The position numbers and the translations under genes were made by a program. From Terriglobia bacterium (lineage in GTDB: Bacteria; Acidobacteriota; Terriglobia; Versatilivoradales; Versatilivoraceae): a stretch of DNA of 40,250 nt. This document shows, in pieces, positions 1-9,091 of this stretch; positions within the stretch are counted from its first letter, which is position 1, and each line of letters starts with the position of its first letter. The stretch spans positions 1 to 40,250 of the forward strand of contig JBGPHY010000002.1 of assembly GCA_041484625.1 (NCBI GenBank), read 5' to 3'. The notes below the pieces were generated by a model. The model was not told where the DNA came from and made no database searches. It saw nothing but the letters and a program-made list of their open reading frames with translations.

Positions 1-70
1 GCAAAAATAGAATGCGGGCCTCTCGGCACAATGATCGTCTTGAGGAATTACCATTTACCACGAACTCGGC

Positions 71-697
71 ATGGCAGGCACTCTGGACTCTATTGGAGAT
101 CTCGTCATGAATCTCAAACTGACTCGGCGTCATTTCTTGGAGGCAAGTTGGAAGGGCTCTTTGTTGGCGGGCGGGTGCTTCTTTTCGGGGGTGGCGTTAC
201 CAGCTTCGTCGGCACTTGAGCTGGAAGCGAAATCCACGGACTCTCCGCTGGATCCAAAACTGACCGACTTATTGCGAGCCGCCATGGATGAAATCATCCC
301 GGCTGTTGATGGCATGCCTTCGGCCAGCGCTGTGGGCGGAGTTCACTACCTTGAAAAACTCGCGAGATCTGAGCCGCATATCAAAAAGCTGCTGGAACGA
401 AGCCTTAGAGCACTTGATGATATCAGCCGCCAGGAATTCAAGAATGGATTTCTTGAGGTCCAGACCCAAGAGCGGATTGAGGTAATTAAAAGACTCGAGA
501 AACAGGGTCCTGCGGAGATATTCGGCGATTTGAGAGATTATATCTACGAATCGTACTACACCCAACCGCAGGTCTGGAAACTGATAGGCTATGACTTTCA
601 TCCCACGAATCACGCGGGTCCAATCATGAAACCCTTCGATGAAGCAGCCCTCTCCAACGTCAAGAAGATGGGCAAACTCTATCGGGAGGTCTCCTAA
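71..697 (+). CDS. Tat-exported small subunit, gluconate 2-dehydrogenase subunit 3 family (partner of the GMC oxidoreductase)
   Basis: ORF 71..697. Twin-arginine motif TRRHFLEAS is followed by a hydrophobic stretch; an alternative ATG at 107 gives MNLKLTRRHFL. Its stop overlaps the start of the downstream GMC gene (TAATG at 695-699), the usual small-subunit/GMC arrangement. Confidence 0.7.
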   Translation: MAGTLDSIGDLVMNLKLTRRHFLEASWKGSLLAGGCFFSGVALPASSALELEAKSTDSPLDPKLTDLLRAAMDEIIPAVDGMPSASAVGGVHYLEKLARSEPHIKKLLERSLRALDDISRQEFKNGFLEVQTQERIEVIKRLEKQGPAEIFGDLRDYIYESYYTQPQVWKLIGYDFHPTNHAGPIMKPFDEAALSNVKKMGKLYREVS

Positions 698-2304
698 TGG
701 CAAGAAACAAGGCAGATGTTCTTATTATTGGTTCGGGCCCGGCGGGGGCTGCGGTTACCAAACGGCTAACCGATTTGGGCGCGAAGGTGGTGTGTCTCGA
801 ACAGGGCGACTGGGTGAAGCCTTCAGAATACCCCTCAACCCGGGAGGACTGGGAGATTCAACATCGCCGTGGTCTATTTCACTTCAGTCCGAATGTCCGC
901 AAACGCCCGGAAGACTATCCCGTCATTGGAGCAGGGGGAAATCCGCCCAATGTTTTGATGTTCAACGCTGTGGGTGGCAGCAGCATCCACTGGACAGGGC
1001 ATTTCCCACGCTTTCATCCTTCAGACTTTCGAGTCAGGACCCTGGATGGAGTCGCTGATGATTGGCCCATCGGTTATCAGGATCTCGAAGCCTACTACGA
1101 CATGAACGACCGGGAAATGGGAGTAGCCGGATTGGCCGGCGATCCAGCCAATCCCCAGCGTGCCAGGCGGCCGACACCCGCTTTGCCTCTGGGGATTCTG
1201 GGAGAAACGATTGGTCGTGGCTTCGATAAGTTGGGATGGCACTGGTGGGTCTCTGACAATGCAATCATCTCTCAGGACTATGATGGCCGGCCCGCCTGTG
1301 ACCTTCATAAAAAGTGCATGTATGGGTGTCCCATTGGATCGAAGGCCAGCACCGATGTGAATTATTGGCCCAAGGCTCTGAGAAAAGGGGCGGTTTTGAA
1401 AACCTGGGCTCGTGTCCGGGAAATTACCCTGAATGCTCAGGGAAAGGTCCGCGGCGCACTCTATTTCGATCGACAAGGGAATCTGGCTGAGCAACTAGCA
1501 AGCGTGGTGGTGCTCTGCGGCAACGGTGTGGGGACTCCTCGGATCCTTCTCAACTCGAAGTCGAAATACTTCCCCCATGGCCTGGCAAATTCAAATGGGA
1601 TGGTAGGGAAGTGCTTCATGGTTCATCCCTTCCGTTTTGTTGAGGGAATCTTCGATCAACCGATGGATGGACACGATGGACCCTTCGGAATTCCGGCCTA
1701 TAGCCAGCAATTTTACGATACTGACCTGAATCGAGGATTTGTTCGTGGCTATATGCTCATGCTGGAACGCAGTTTTGGCCCACTCCATCATGCCTTGGGA
1801 AGCTTCGTCGGGAAGCCGGCTCCCTGGGGGGCCGAACACCACAGGACGATGCGACGGCGCTTTCCTCATGTCATCCGCATTACTCCCCTGGGAGAAGATT
1901 TGCCCGATGAAAAGAACCGGGTGGAATTGGATCCAGTCGTCAAAGACTCCAATGGAATTCCTGCAGCGCGCGTCACCTACACTTACAGCGAAAACAGCAC
2001 GAAGATGCTCGAGCACAGCCTCCAGACTTCCCGACAAGCTCTGGAAGCAGCCGGGGCCATAGAGATCTTAGATAGCGGAATAATCACCCCGGCTTTCCAT
2101 CTGCTCGGAACCGCCAGGATGGGCACCGATCCGAAGAATTCCGTAGTAAATGCCTGGCATCAGGCCCACGAGGTGAAAAATCTGTTCATTGTGGATGGGA
2201 GTTCCTTCACCACCAGCGCAGCCGTAAACCCGACTTCCACCATCGGCGCTTTGGCTCTCCGCTGTGCCGAAGGGATCTGGGAAAGGCGACGGGAATGGGC
2301 ATAG
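697..2304 (+). CDS. GMC-family FAD-dependent oxidoreductase
   Basis: 535-aa ORF. N-terminal FAD Rossmann motif DVLIIGSGPAGAAV. C-terminal GMC-like region (HLLGTARMG ... NLFIVDGSSFTTS). Translationally coupled to the upstream Tat subunit. Confidence 0.9.
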   Translation: MARNKADVLIIGSGPAGAAVTKRLTDLGAKVVCLEQGDWVKPSEYPSTREDWEIQHRRGLFHFSPNVRKRPEDYPVIGAGGNPPNVLMFNAVGGSSIHWTGHFPRFHPSDFRVRTLDGVADDWPIGYQDLEAYYDMNDREMGVAGLAGDPANPQRARRPTPALPLGILGETIGRGFDKLGWHWWVSDNAIISQDYDGRPACDLHKKCMYGCPIGSKASTDVNYWPKALRKGAVLKTWARVREITLNAQGKVRGALYFDRQGNLAEQLASVVVLCGNGVGTPRILLNSKSKYFPHGLANSNGMVGKCFMVHPFRFVEGIFDQPMDGHDGPFGIPAYSQQFYDTDLNRGFVRGYMLMLERSFGPLHHALGSFVGKPAPWGAEHHRTMRRRFPHVIRITPLGEDLPDEKNRVELDPVVKDSNGIPAARVTYTYSENSTKMLEHSLQTSRQALEAAGAIEILDSGIITPAFHLLGTARMGTDPKNSVVNAWHQAHEVKNLFIVDGSSFTTSAAVNPTSTIGALALRCAEGIWERRREWA

Positions 2305-2309
2305 TCTCC

Positions 2310-3305
2310 TCAATTCCTCCCCCTTTCCCGCTTTTCGTAAACTTGACGAGTATGGTTGATCAGGCGTTCAGCGCTGTCGGGGATGGAATCATTCCAGGAT
2401 CGGACAATGCGTTTGGCCAGGAGGGTAATGGTTTCGGCAACCAGACTTTCGGGCCTCAACGAGATGAGCGCAACTCTTTTTCGGATGGACTCCCGTACAG
2501 CAGGGTCAGTAAAAATGAACCCGAAGTGCTCTATCTCCAGGGAGAGAACCTCGCGGGCCGAGCGGGTGATATTTTCCAGGATCTCCAACTCTTCGGGATG
2601 CTCTCCCATGTTGAAAACCACGCGCGGCTTGTAGGTTTGACAAATCTCCCGGATTTGTCCGGCAGCTTCTGGATCGGTTTTCTCCACCCTCTCCAGGAAG
2701 GACCGGATGGTCACATGCGCTTCCTGCATGGGCTGTACGTACAAAGCCTGGAGCAGTCCAGCCACCTCCGGGTTCCTCGCCAAGGCTCGGTCGATCTTGC
2801 GGGTGATAAAGTTCTTCAGGAATACCAGCGCGCTCATGGCCGAAGGGTACTCTGCTGTGCTGACGACCAGACCGCGGCTGACCATTCCGAAGAAGTCCAG
2901 GGTGTTAAAGGCGCAACCCGCTCCCAGATCCAGAAGAACATAACGAGCTGGGATCTGCCGGATTTTTGAAATGAGGTGAATCTTTTGCGAATGGGTGATG
3001 TTGGCCATGAATGGCATCCGTCCATCACCCGGCAGAAACTTCAACCCCGGAATCTCTGTCGATAGAAGCAATTCGTCAAGAGCAAACGCCTCCGTTCGGA
3101 GATAATCCCCGATGCCGGGAAAACGGTTGGGGAGTCCCAACAGGGAGTTGAGATTACAGTTCCCCAGGTCCAGGTCGATCACAACCGTGGGATGACCCAG
3201 TTGGGCGAGGGCAATAGCCAGATTGGCGGTGAGCAGGCTCTTGCCAACTCCACCTTTGCCGCCGGCAATCGGAATGACGATGGAGGGTTCGGACAAGACG
3301 ATCAT
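2310..3305 (-). CDS. MinD/ParA-family P-loop ATPase with a long C-terminal extension
   Basis: 331-aa ORF. Deviant Walker A AGGKGGVGKS near the N-terminus and Walker B-like VLLDLGAG. About 130 aa of extra C-terminal sequence. No minC/minE/parB partner nearby. Confidence 0.85.
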   Translation of the reverse strand: MIVLSEPSIVIPIAGGKGGVGKSLLTANLAIALAQLGHPTVVIDLDLGNCNLNSLLGLPNRFPGIGDYLRTEAFALDELLLSTEIPGLKFLPGDGRMPFMANITHSQKIHLISKIRQIPARYVLLDLGAGCAFNTLDFFGMVSRGLVVSTAEYPSAMSALVFLKNFITRKIDRALARNPEVAGLLQALYVQPMQEAHVTIRSFLERVEKTDPEAAGQIREICQTYKPRVVFNMGEHPEELEILENITRSAREVLSLEIEHFGFIFTDPAVRESIRKRVALISLRPESLVAETITLLAKRIVRSWNDSIPDSAERLINHTRQVYEKRERGRN

Positions 3306-3495
3306 CCAATCCTTTTGATAGAATTTGGAATCCAGGGAACTTATACCTCAGAAGTTCCCGGCGAATCAATCAGGAAGCCGTTAATTGTTCGGCTTGCCCT
3401 TCGGTTGACAAGCCGGCGCGGCAGTTGCTAGCATCCGCCATTAGTTCTTGTGGACTGGCACTCTGAGATGAACCGCCGAACCCCCTAAACGGAAG

Positions 3496-4564
3496 GTGAA
3501 CTTGAGTCAGAAAACAGAGATCGGAATTGACCTCTTCAGCGATACGATGACCCGCCCCACCCGAGAGATGCGCCGGTTCATGTGCGATGCCGAAGTGGGA
3601 GATGAACAGAAAGGGGAAGATCCAACTGTTAACCGCTTGCAGGAGATGGTGGCGGAATTGCTCGGCAAAGAAACGGCCCTGTTTCTGCCTTCCGGAACCA
3701 TGTGTAACCAGATTTCCATCAAAGTGCATTGCCGTCCCGGGGACGAGGTTTTGCTTGACAAGACTGCCCACCCCCTCAACTCGGAGGCAGGGGGACCAGC
3801 GGTTCTGTCCGGGGTAATGGTTCGCGGGTTGGAGGGAGTTCACGGAGTATTCACAGGCGAGCAGTTAAAGTCAGCCATTCGTCCTATTAGCCGCTATCAG
3901 CCGAAGACTCGCCTGGTGTCGGTGGAGCAGACATCCAACCTGGGTGGGGGGGACCATCTGGCCGTTGCGGACTATCCAGGAGGTCTGCGGAGTCGCCCGG
4001 AGCTATAAGCTCTCTACTCATCTGGACGGGGCAAGGCTATTCAATGCGGTTGTGGCCAGCGGAATCAGTCCTCGGGAATATGCGGCAGGCTTTGACTCGG
4101 CCTGGATCGACCTGAGCAAGGGACTGGGGGCGCCCATTGGCGCGGTTCTGGCAGGGAGCCGGGATTTCATCCTGGAAGCCTGGCAGTGGAAGCAGCGCCT
4201 GGGAGGTGCCATGCGCCAGGCGGGAATCATCGCCGCCGCTGGCGTGTATGCCCTCGAGCATCACATTCACCGCCTGGCTGAAGACCATGCCAATGCCAGA
4301 TTCCTGGCCGAGGGCCTGGCTGAAATCCCGTGTCTCGGCGTCAGACCTCTGGAAGTCGATACCAACATCGTCATCGTGGATGTCTCCCTTTCCGGCTGGT
4401 CAGCCCAGGAGGTTTTGGACCGCGTGATGCTTCATAACCTCCGCATGAGCATCGTCGATCCCACTACCCTGCGAGCCGTCACACATCTGGATGTGTCCCG
4501 GGCGAATGTCGAGCAGGCTCTCACCATCATGAGGACCGTCTTGGCCAGTTCACCCGGGAAGTAG
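3496..4564 (+). pseudogene. ltaE: Low-specificity L-threonine aldolase, reading frame interrupted at a G7 homopolymer
   Basis: ORFs 3496..4008 and 3944..4564 are the N- and C-terminal halves of one threonine aldolase (FSDTMTRPT ... LPSGTMCNQ ... EQTSNLGGG | TIWPL ... HLDGARLFNA ... SKGLGAPIG). The frames switch at GGGGGGG, 3946-3952. Removing one G gives a continuous SNLGGGTIWPL. The start is GTG 3496 or TTG 3502. Confidence 0.8.
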
Positions 4565-4691
4565 GTCAGTGCTCTGCGTTGCACGGGGGAAATCGTAGGG
4601 CTTTTCTGCGAAACGCCGCATGTTCAGGCGGATGACAAACCCGTCCTACATACAGCAACATCGCACAAGTACCTCCAGTCGAGAAATCCCC

Positions 4692-4721
4692 TTGACTCCG
4701 GCTTTTTGCCGGGAGTAATAT
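4692..4721 (+). promoter_or_regulatory. Candidate sigma70-type promoter for the riboswitch-led B12 uptake operon
   Basis: TTGACT (4692-4697), 18-nt spacer, TAATAT (4716-4721), about 25 nt upstream of the riboswitch. Motif match only. Confidence 0.4.
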
Positions 4722-4744
4722 CACTTTGATTTCCACGTACCCGG

Positions 4745-4908
4745 GGTGCATCCAGGTAATAGGGAAGTGGGTGAAATCCCCACACGATCGCGTCACTGTA
4801 TTCGGCGAGTCGCTTTCTCGTGGCAGTTCAGGCTGCCGGTCACTCTCGAGTGAGGGGAAGGCCTTGGAAGCGATGAAGACCCGTGAGTCAGGAAACCTGC
4901 CTCGGTAA
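4745..4908 (+). promoter_or_regulatory. Cobalamin (B12) riboswitch
   Basis: Conserved cores read directly from the sequence: AGGGAAGTGGGTGAAATCCCC, GCGTCACTGT, GCCGGTCACT ... GGGGAAGGC, and the B12 box GAGTCAGGAAACCTGCC (about 4884-4900). It lies in the 5' leader of a TonB receptor and BtuFCD-like genes. Boundaries are approximate. Confidence 0.85.
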
Positions 4909-5015
4909 GAAATCCAAAAAAAACCTTCGCGTCAAAGGGTAAATGACATTCTGCTTCTACTCCTCAACTGATTACCCCTCAGACGCCGCTTGGACTTTTC
5001 CAGGAGGCTTCCATT

Positions 5016-7199
5016 ATGTTTCGCATTCTCTCCCTGTTGTTATGGTCAGCCTTGGTGCCATCAGCTTTCGCCGGCAGCATTACCGGGAAGGTTGAAGACC
5101 CATCCGGTCTGCCAGTCCCTGGAGTTCGCCTGGTCCTGCTGACACCGCAAGGTTCTGCCGCGGGCAGGTCCAGTACCGACTTCCAGGGCCGTTACCGTTT
5201 TCGTAATTTGAGGCCAGGAACATACCGGATCTTCGTCAGAGAGGCCGGCTTCCAACAGCAGAACATCGAACTACAGTTGGAGAAAGAGCAAGATCTGCAG
5301 AGGGATATCCTCCTCAAGCTGGAATCGCTAGAGCAAGATGTGGTTGTCACGGCCACGCGGACCGAGGCCCCCACCAGTCTGTTGGGTGCCAGTGTCAGCG
5401 AGATATCCGGCATTGAGATCGAATCACGCCGTGCCACGAGCGTGGCGGAATTGTTGCGTGGTCTTCCCAGCGCGAATGTCAACCAGGTTGGCGGTCGCGG
5501 CAACGTGACCTCGCTGTTTGTGCGAGGCGGGGACTCCAGTTATAACAAGATCCTGGTGGACGGGATGCCTCTCAATCAGCCCGGTGGGGCAGTCGACCTC
5601 TCCAACCTTTCAGCCATAAACGTCGAGAGAATCGAGGTCGTTCGCGGCGCCCAGAGCGCGCTATACGGTTCGGATGCCATCTCCAGCGTTGTGCAGATTT
5701 TTACCAGTAAGGGAGACCGGGGAAAAACTCGCCCGGAGGGGAGTGTGTTCTTTGACGGAGGCTCCTATTCCAGCTTCCGGGGAGGGGCCGGCCTTTCCGG
5801 CGGAGTGGGGCCCCTCACATACAGTACCCAATTCCAGCATTTTGAGACCAACAACCGGGTCCCCAATGATTTCTTTCATGACGACAGTTTCAGCTCAAGG
5901 ATAGGCTTGGAGCCTTCCAGCAATTCCTCACTGGAATTTCTGGGTCGTTTCGATCGAGGCCGAACAGGCGTCCCGGGACCGACGGCCTTTGGTCCTGCAG
6001 ACCTGGATGCCTATTACCGAAAACGGGATTTCCTCGCCGGAGTTCGTTGGAACCAGCGGATTTCAGATGCCTGGAGTCAACGGGTAGCCTATTCCCAATC
6101 ATACATCAATCAATTGTCGGAGGACCCCGTTGCCTCTCCCCCCTTTATCCCTTCTTACCAGGGTCAAGTGGCGGCATTTCCTTATTACGATTTCACTTAT
6201 TCCTCCTTAAGTGCGACCCGACGGCATCTTTTGAATTATCAGAGCGACTTCGTCATCTCCACACACCTGCTCTCTGCCGGACTGGATTATGAGGAACAGC
6301 GGGGCACCCTGGGCGAAGTCCGCGCCCGCCGGACCAATCTCGGGTACTACGTGCAGGACCAGTATGTCCTCAAACAAAGGCTTTCCCTCACGGGAGGACT
6401 CCGCTTCGAGGACAATGGAAGTTACGGGTTCGCCGCGGTTCCGCGAGTCTCGGCGGCGGTAGTGTTACGGCGGGGCGATTCCAATGGCTGGTTGGGAATG
6501 ACAAGGCCCAAAGCAAACTTCGGATTGGGCATCCGGGAACCGAACTTTATTGAGTCCTTTAGCCAAAATCCCTACTTCCTGGGAAACCCACACTTGAAAC
6601 CGGAAAGGACTCGCAGCTTGGAAGTTGGCCTCGAGCAACACCTCCTGCGCGACAAGGTCCGGGCCGAGGTAAATCTCTTCTCGAGCCAATTTAATGACCT
6701 GATTTCCTACCAGATCACGGACTATTCAACCTACGAAGGTTCTTATTTCAACCTGGCCAGGAGCCGGGTCCGGGGAGTCGAGAACATCATCGAAGCCATG
6801 CCTGTCTCACAGGTGAGAGTGTCAGCAGGGTATACTTATTTGAATTCCAAAGTTCTCAAGAGCGCCAATCCGTTTGACCCTGTTTTTCAGGAGGGAGCCC
6901 GATTGCTTTTGCGCCCCTCCCATTCCGGGCATCTGGGCTTAATCTGGAGTGCCTCCCGCTGGCATTTGGGCACGACCGTGTTTCTCGTAGGGAACCGCGC
7001 AGCCAGCGATTTTGTGGGACTCGGCATGACCGAGGCCGCTGGATATGTGCGGGTCGACTGTTCGGGCAGCATCCAGATCAATTCGAGAGTCAGCTTCTAC
7101 TCCGCGTTTGAGAATCTTCTGAACCGGGAGTACGTCGAGGCACTCGGTTATCCGGCATTGAAATTCAACTTTCGTTCGGGGCTCCGGTTGAAAATTTGA
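5016..7199 (+). CDS. TonB-dependent outer-membrane receptor with N-terminal carboxypeptidase-regulatory-like domain (candidate corrinoid receptor)
   Basis: 727-aa ORF. GGAGG RBS before the ATG. Signal peptide MFRILSLLLWSALVPSAFA. Beta-sandwich region (GSITGKVEDPSGLPVPGVRLVL ... YRFRNLRPGTYRI). Plug domain (VVVTATRTEAP ... RGLPSANV), then a long barrel. Sits downstream of the B12 riboswitch. Confidence 0.9.
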   Translation: MFRILSLLLWSALVPSAFAGSITGKVEDPSGLPVPGVRLVLLTPQGSAAGRSSTDFQGRYRFRNLRPGTYRIFVREAGFQQQNIELQLEKEQDLQRDILLKLESLEQDVVVTATRTEAPTSLLGASVSEISGIEIESRRATSVAELLRGLPSANVNQVGGRGNVTSLFVRGGDSSYNKILVDGMPLNQPGGAVDLSNLSAINVERIEVVRGAQSALYGSDAISSVVQIFTSKGDRGKTRPEGSVFFDGGSYSSFRGGAGLSGGVGPLTYSTQFQHFETNNRVPNDFFHDDSFSSRIGLEPSSNSSLEFLGRFDRGRTGVPGPTAFGPADLDAYYRKRDFLAGVRWNQRISDAWSQRVAYSQSYINQLSEDPVASPPFIPSYQGQVAAFPYYDFTYSSLSATRRHLLNYQSDFVISTHLLSAGLDYEEQRGTLGEVRARRTNLGYYVQDQYVLKQRLSLTGGLRFEDNGSYGFAAVPRVSAAVVLRRGDSNGWLGMTRPKANFGLGIREPNFIESFSQNPYFLGNPHLKPERTRSLEVGLEQHLLRDKVRAEVNLFSSQFNDLISYQITDYSTYEGSYFNLARSRVRGVENIIEAMPVSQVRVSAGYTYLNSKVLKSANPFDPVFQEGARLLLRPSHSGHLGLIWSASRWHLGTTVFLVGNRAASDFVGLGMTEAAGYVRVDCSGSIQINSRVSFYSAFENLLNREYVEALGYPALKFNFRSGLRLKI

Positions 7200-8074
7200 T
7201 GAAGAAACTCCTGCTGGCCGTTGTTTTGGTTGCGGTGGGCCTGCTGATTTATCGGCAGGTCACGAGGAAAAGCCTGCCATCACTGTCTTCCAGTGAAGGG
7301 GTGCGAATTATCTCGCTGTCTCCCACACTGACTGAGGTCTTGTTCGAGTTGGGAGAGGGGGAGCGGATTGTGGGTGTTACCAATTACTGCACCTTTCCTC
7401 TTGAGGCAAGAGCAAAGGCAAAGGTGGGAGACCTGGTCAACCCGGATCTCGAGAGAATTGCCCAATTGCAACCCACCATCATCTTTGCCGAGCAATGGAG
7501 TTCCACCAAGATCGTGAGCCGCTTGAGAAACCTCGGTCTGAAAGTGACAGAAGTGCCCAGTCCGCGATCCATTGAGGAAATCTACCGGTTGATTGAATCG
7601 GTCGGCGAACAGGTGGGAAAGGCCGGGCGAGCCCGTGAGATTGTATCTGACATGAGTGCCCGCATTCTGGCCGTGAAGGAAAAGGCCGCGCGGTTCGAAC
7701 ATCATCCCACGATTTATATCGAGATTGATATTCCATCCTGGTCAGTCGGTCGCGCCAGTTACACCCATGAAGCCGTGACGCTATGCGGAGCACGCAACCT
7801 GTTGGAAGACGTCGACAAGCCGGCACTGCTGGTGTCCCAGGAAATCATCATTCAGCGCAATCCAGAAGTGATTCTGTCGTTTGAAGCCTCGGCCGAACAA
7901 ATTCGTAAACGGCCTGGATGGGGAGTGATCTCGGCAGTACAACGGGGCTGGATCATTGATCACTTCAACCGGGATCTCCTTTCCCGCGGCAACTTCAGGC
8001 TGGTGCAGGGAATGGAGGATTTCCAGTCCCGGTTGGAATCGCTGCTGAAGAAGAAGGCTCGGTCTTCACCATGA
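7199..8074 (+). CDS. Periplasmic substrate-binding protein, BtuF-like (cobalamin/siderophore class)
   Basis: ATG at 7199 overlaps the receptor stop (TGATG). N-terminal TM/signal. RIISLSPTLTEVLFELGEGERIVGVTNYC is typical of BtuF/FhuD-type binding proteins. Confidence 0.85.
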   Translation: MKKLLLAVVLVAVGLLIYRQVTRKSLPSLSSSEGVRIISLSPTLTEVLFELGEGERIVGVTNYCTFPLEARAKAKVGDLVNPDLERIAQLQPTIIFAEQWSSTKIVSRLRNLGLKVTEVPSPRSIEEIYRLIESVGEQVGKAGRAREIVSDMSARILAVKEKAARFEHHPTIYIEIDIPSWSVGRASYTHEAVTLCGARNLLEDVDKPALLVSQEIIIQRNPEVILSFEASAEQIRKRPGWGVISAVQRGWIIDHFNRDLLSRGNFRLVQGMEDFQSRLESLLKKKARSSP

Positions 8075-8125
8075 ACTGGCACATATGCAGATTCCAAGGA
8101 AATTCGTTCTCGTCGTGGGACTCTC

Positions 8126-9091
8126 ATGAAGAATAACCCGGCTTCGACTCTGAAATCAAAGCAACGTTTATTGTGGCTTTGGCTGGCGACCGTGGCCATC
8201 GCAATAATCGCTTTGTTCCTGGGCCCGGCCGGGATACCCGACCGAAACATCCTCCTGGCTGTTCGCCTTCCCCGGGTCCTGTTGGGATTGCTGGTGGGCA
8301 TGGGTCTGGCAGGGTCCGGAACAGTATTTCAGGGAGTCCTCCGGAATCCGCTGGCTGACCCCTTCATCCTGGGGACCTCCAGCGCGGCCACGGCCGGAGT
8401 CATGTTGGCCAATTTAACGGGCATCCGCAATTTCTACCTGCTGTATTTCATGGCACTCGGATTTGCTCTCCTGTCAATTACGATCGTCTACCAGATCTCT
8501 CGAATTGATGGGAAATCTCCCATTCAGACGATGGTGCTGGCCGGAGTCATTGTCAGCCTTTTCTTTAACGCACTGGTGTTCATCGTCTTTTCGATTTTAT
8601 ATCGGGAATCCTTCAACGTGCTGTTTTTTCTATTGGGGACGCTGACTGGGGGAGATCCTATGTTGATTGTCCTTTCAGCCATCCTCATCCTGCTGGGTTT
8701 TGGCGCGAGCTGGCTGCTCTCTCGAGAGCTGAACATTTTGACCCAGGGCGAAGAAACAGCCTTCCACCTGGGCGTCGACGTGGAGACCATAAAGAAAATC
8801 CTGTTTGTGGCGGCCTCGGCAATGACCAGGGCCGCTGTGGCTGTTGCCGGGATGATCGGCTTTGTAGGCTTGATTGTTCCTCACATGATGCGCATGATTG
8901 TGGGACCGGACCACCGCTACCTGATTCCCGCATCCGCCCTGGGAGGAGCGATCCTGCTGATTGTCACGGACGCCCTGGCCCGAACTCTCGCCCCTCCGCT
9001 GGAAATCCCGGTGGGGGCACTAACAGCCTTGCTGGGTGCGCCGTACTTCGTTTATTTGCTGCGCCAACGACAACGGGCTGGAGAGTTCTAA
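8126..9091 (+). CDS. FecCD-family ABC importer permease (BtuC-like)
   Basis: 321-aa polytopic membrane ORF with FecCD-type sequence (RLPRVLLGLLVG ... NPLADPFILGTSSGA-like ... GLIVPH). Its stop overlaps the next ATG (TAATG at 9089-9093). Confidence 0.9.
   Translation: MKNNPASTLKSKQRLLWLWLATVAIAIIALFLGPAGIPDRNILLAVRLPRVLLGLLVGMGLAGSGTVFQGVLRNPLADPFILGTSSAATAGVMLANLTGIRNFYLLYFMALGFALLSITIVYQISRIDGKSPIQTMVLAGVIVSLFFNALVFIVFSILYRESFNVLFFLLGTLTGGDPMLIVLSAILILLGFGASWLLSRELNILTQGEETAFHLGVDVETIKKILFVAASAMTRAAVAVAGMIGFVGLIVPHMMRMIVGPDHRYLIPASALGGAILLIVTDALARTLAPPLEIPVGALTALLGAPYFVYLLRQRQRAGEF

Noticed and set aside
3335-3359. Perfect 8-bp inverted repeat GGGAACTT-N9-AAGTTCCC in the divergent MinD-like/ltaE promoter region, with a nearby TTGACA-18-TAGCAT (3405-3434).
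   Set aside because: It could be an operator or small hairpin, but it is a single occurrence with no cognate regulator gene nearby. It cannot be supported from this window alone.
4565-4590. Possible third, degenerate copy of the palindromic repeat right after the ltaE stop (AGGTCAGTGCTCTGCGTTGCACGGGGG).
   Set aside because: It shares only GGTC...GCTCTG and a weak GTGC/GCAC stem with the two clear copies. That is too little identity to call by eye.
4566-4796. 76-aa minus-strand ORF in the ltaE / TonB-receptor spacer.
   Set aside because: It is antisense to the candidate promoter and the 5' part of the cobalamin riboswitch, which explain this region better.
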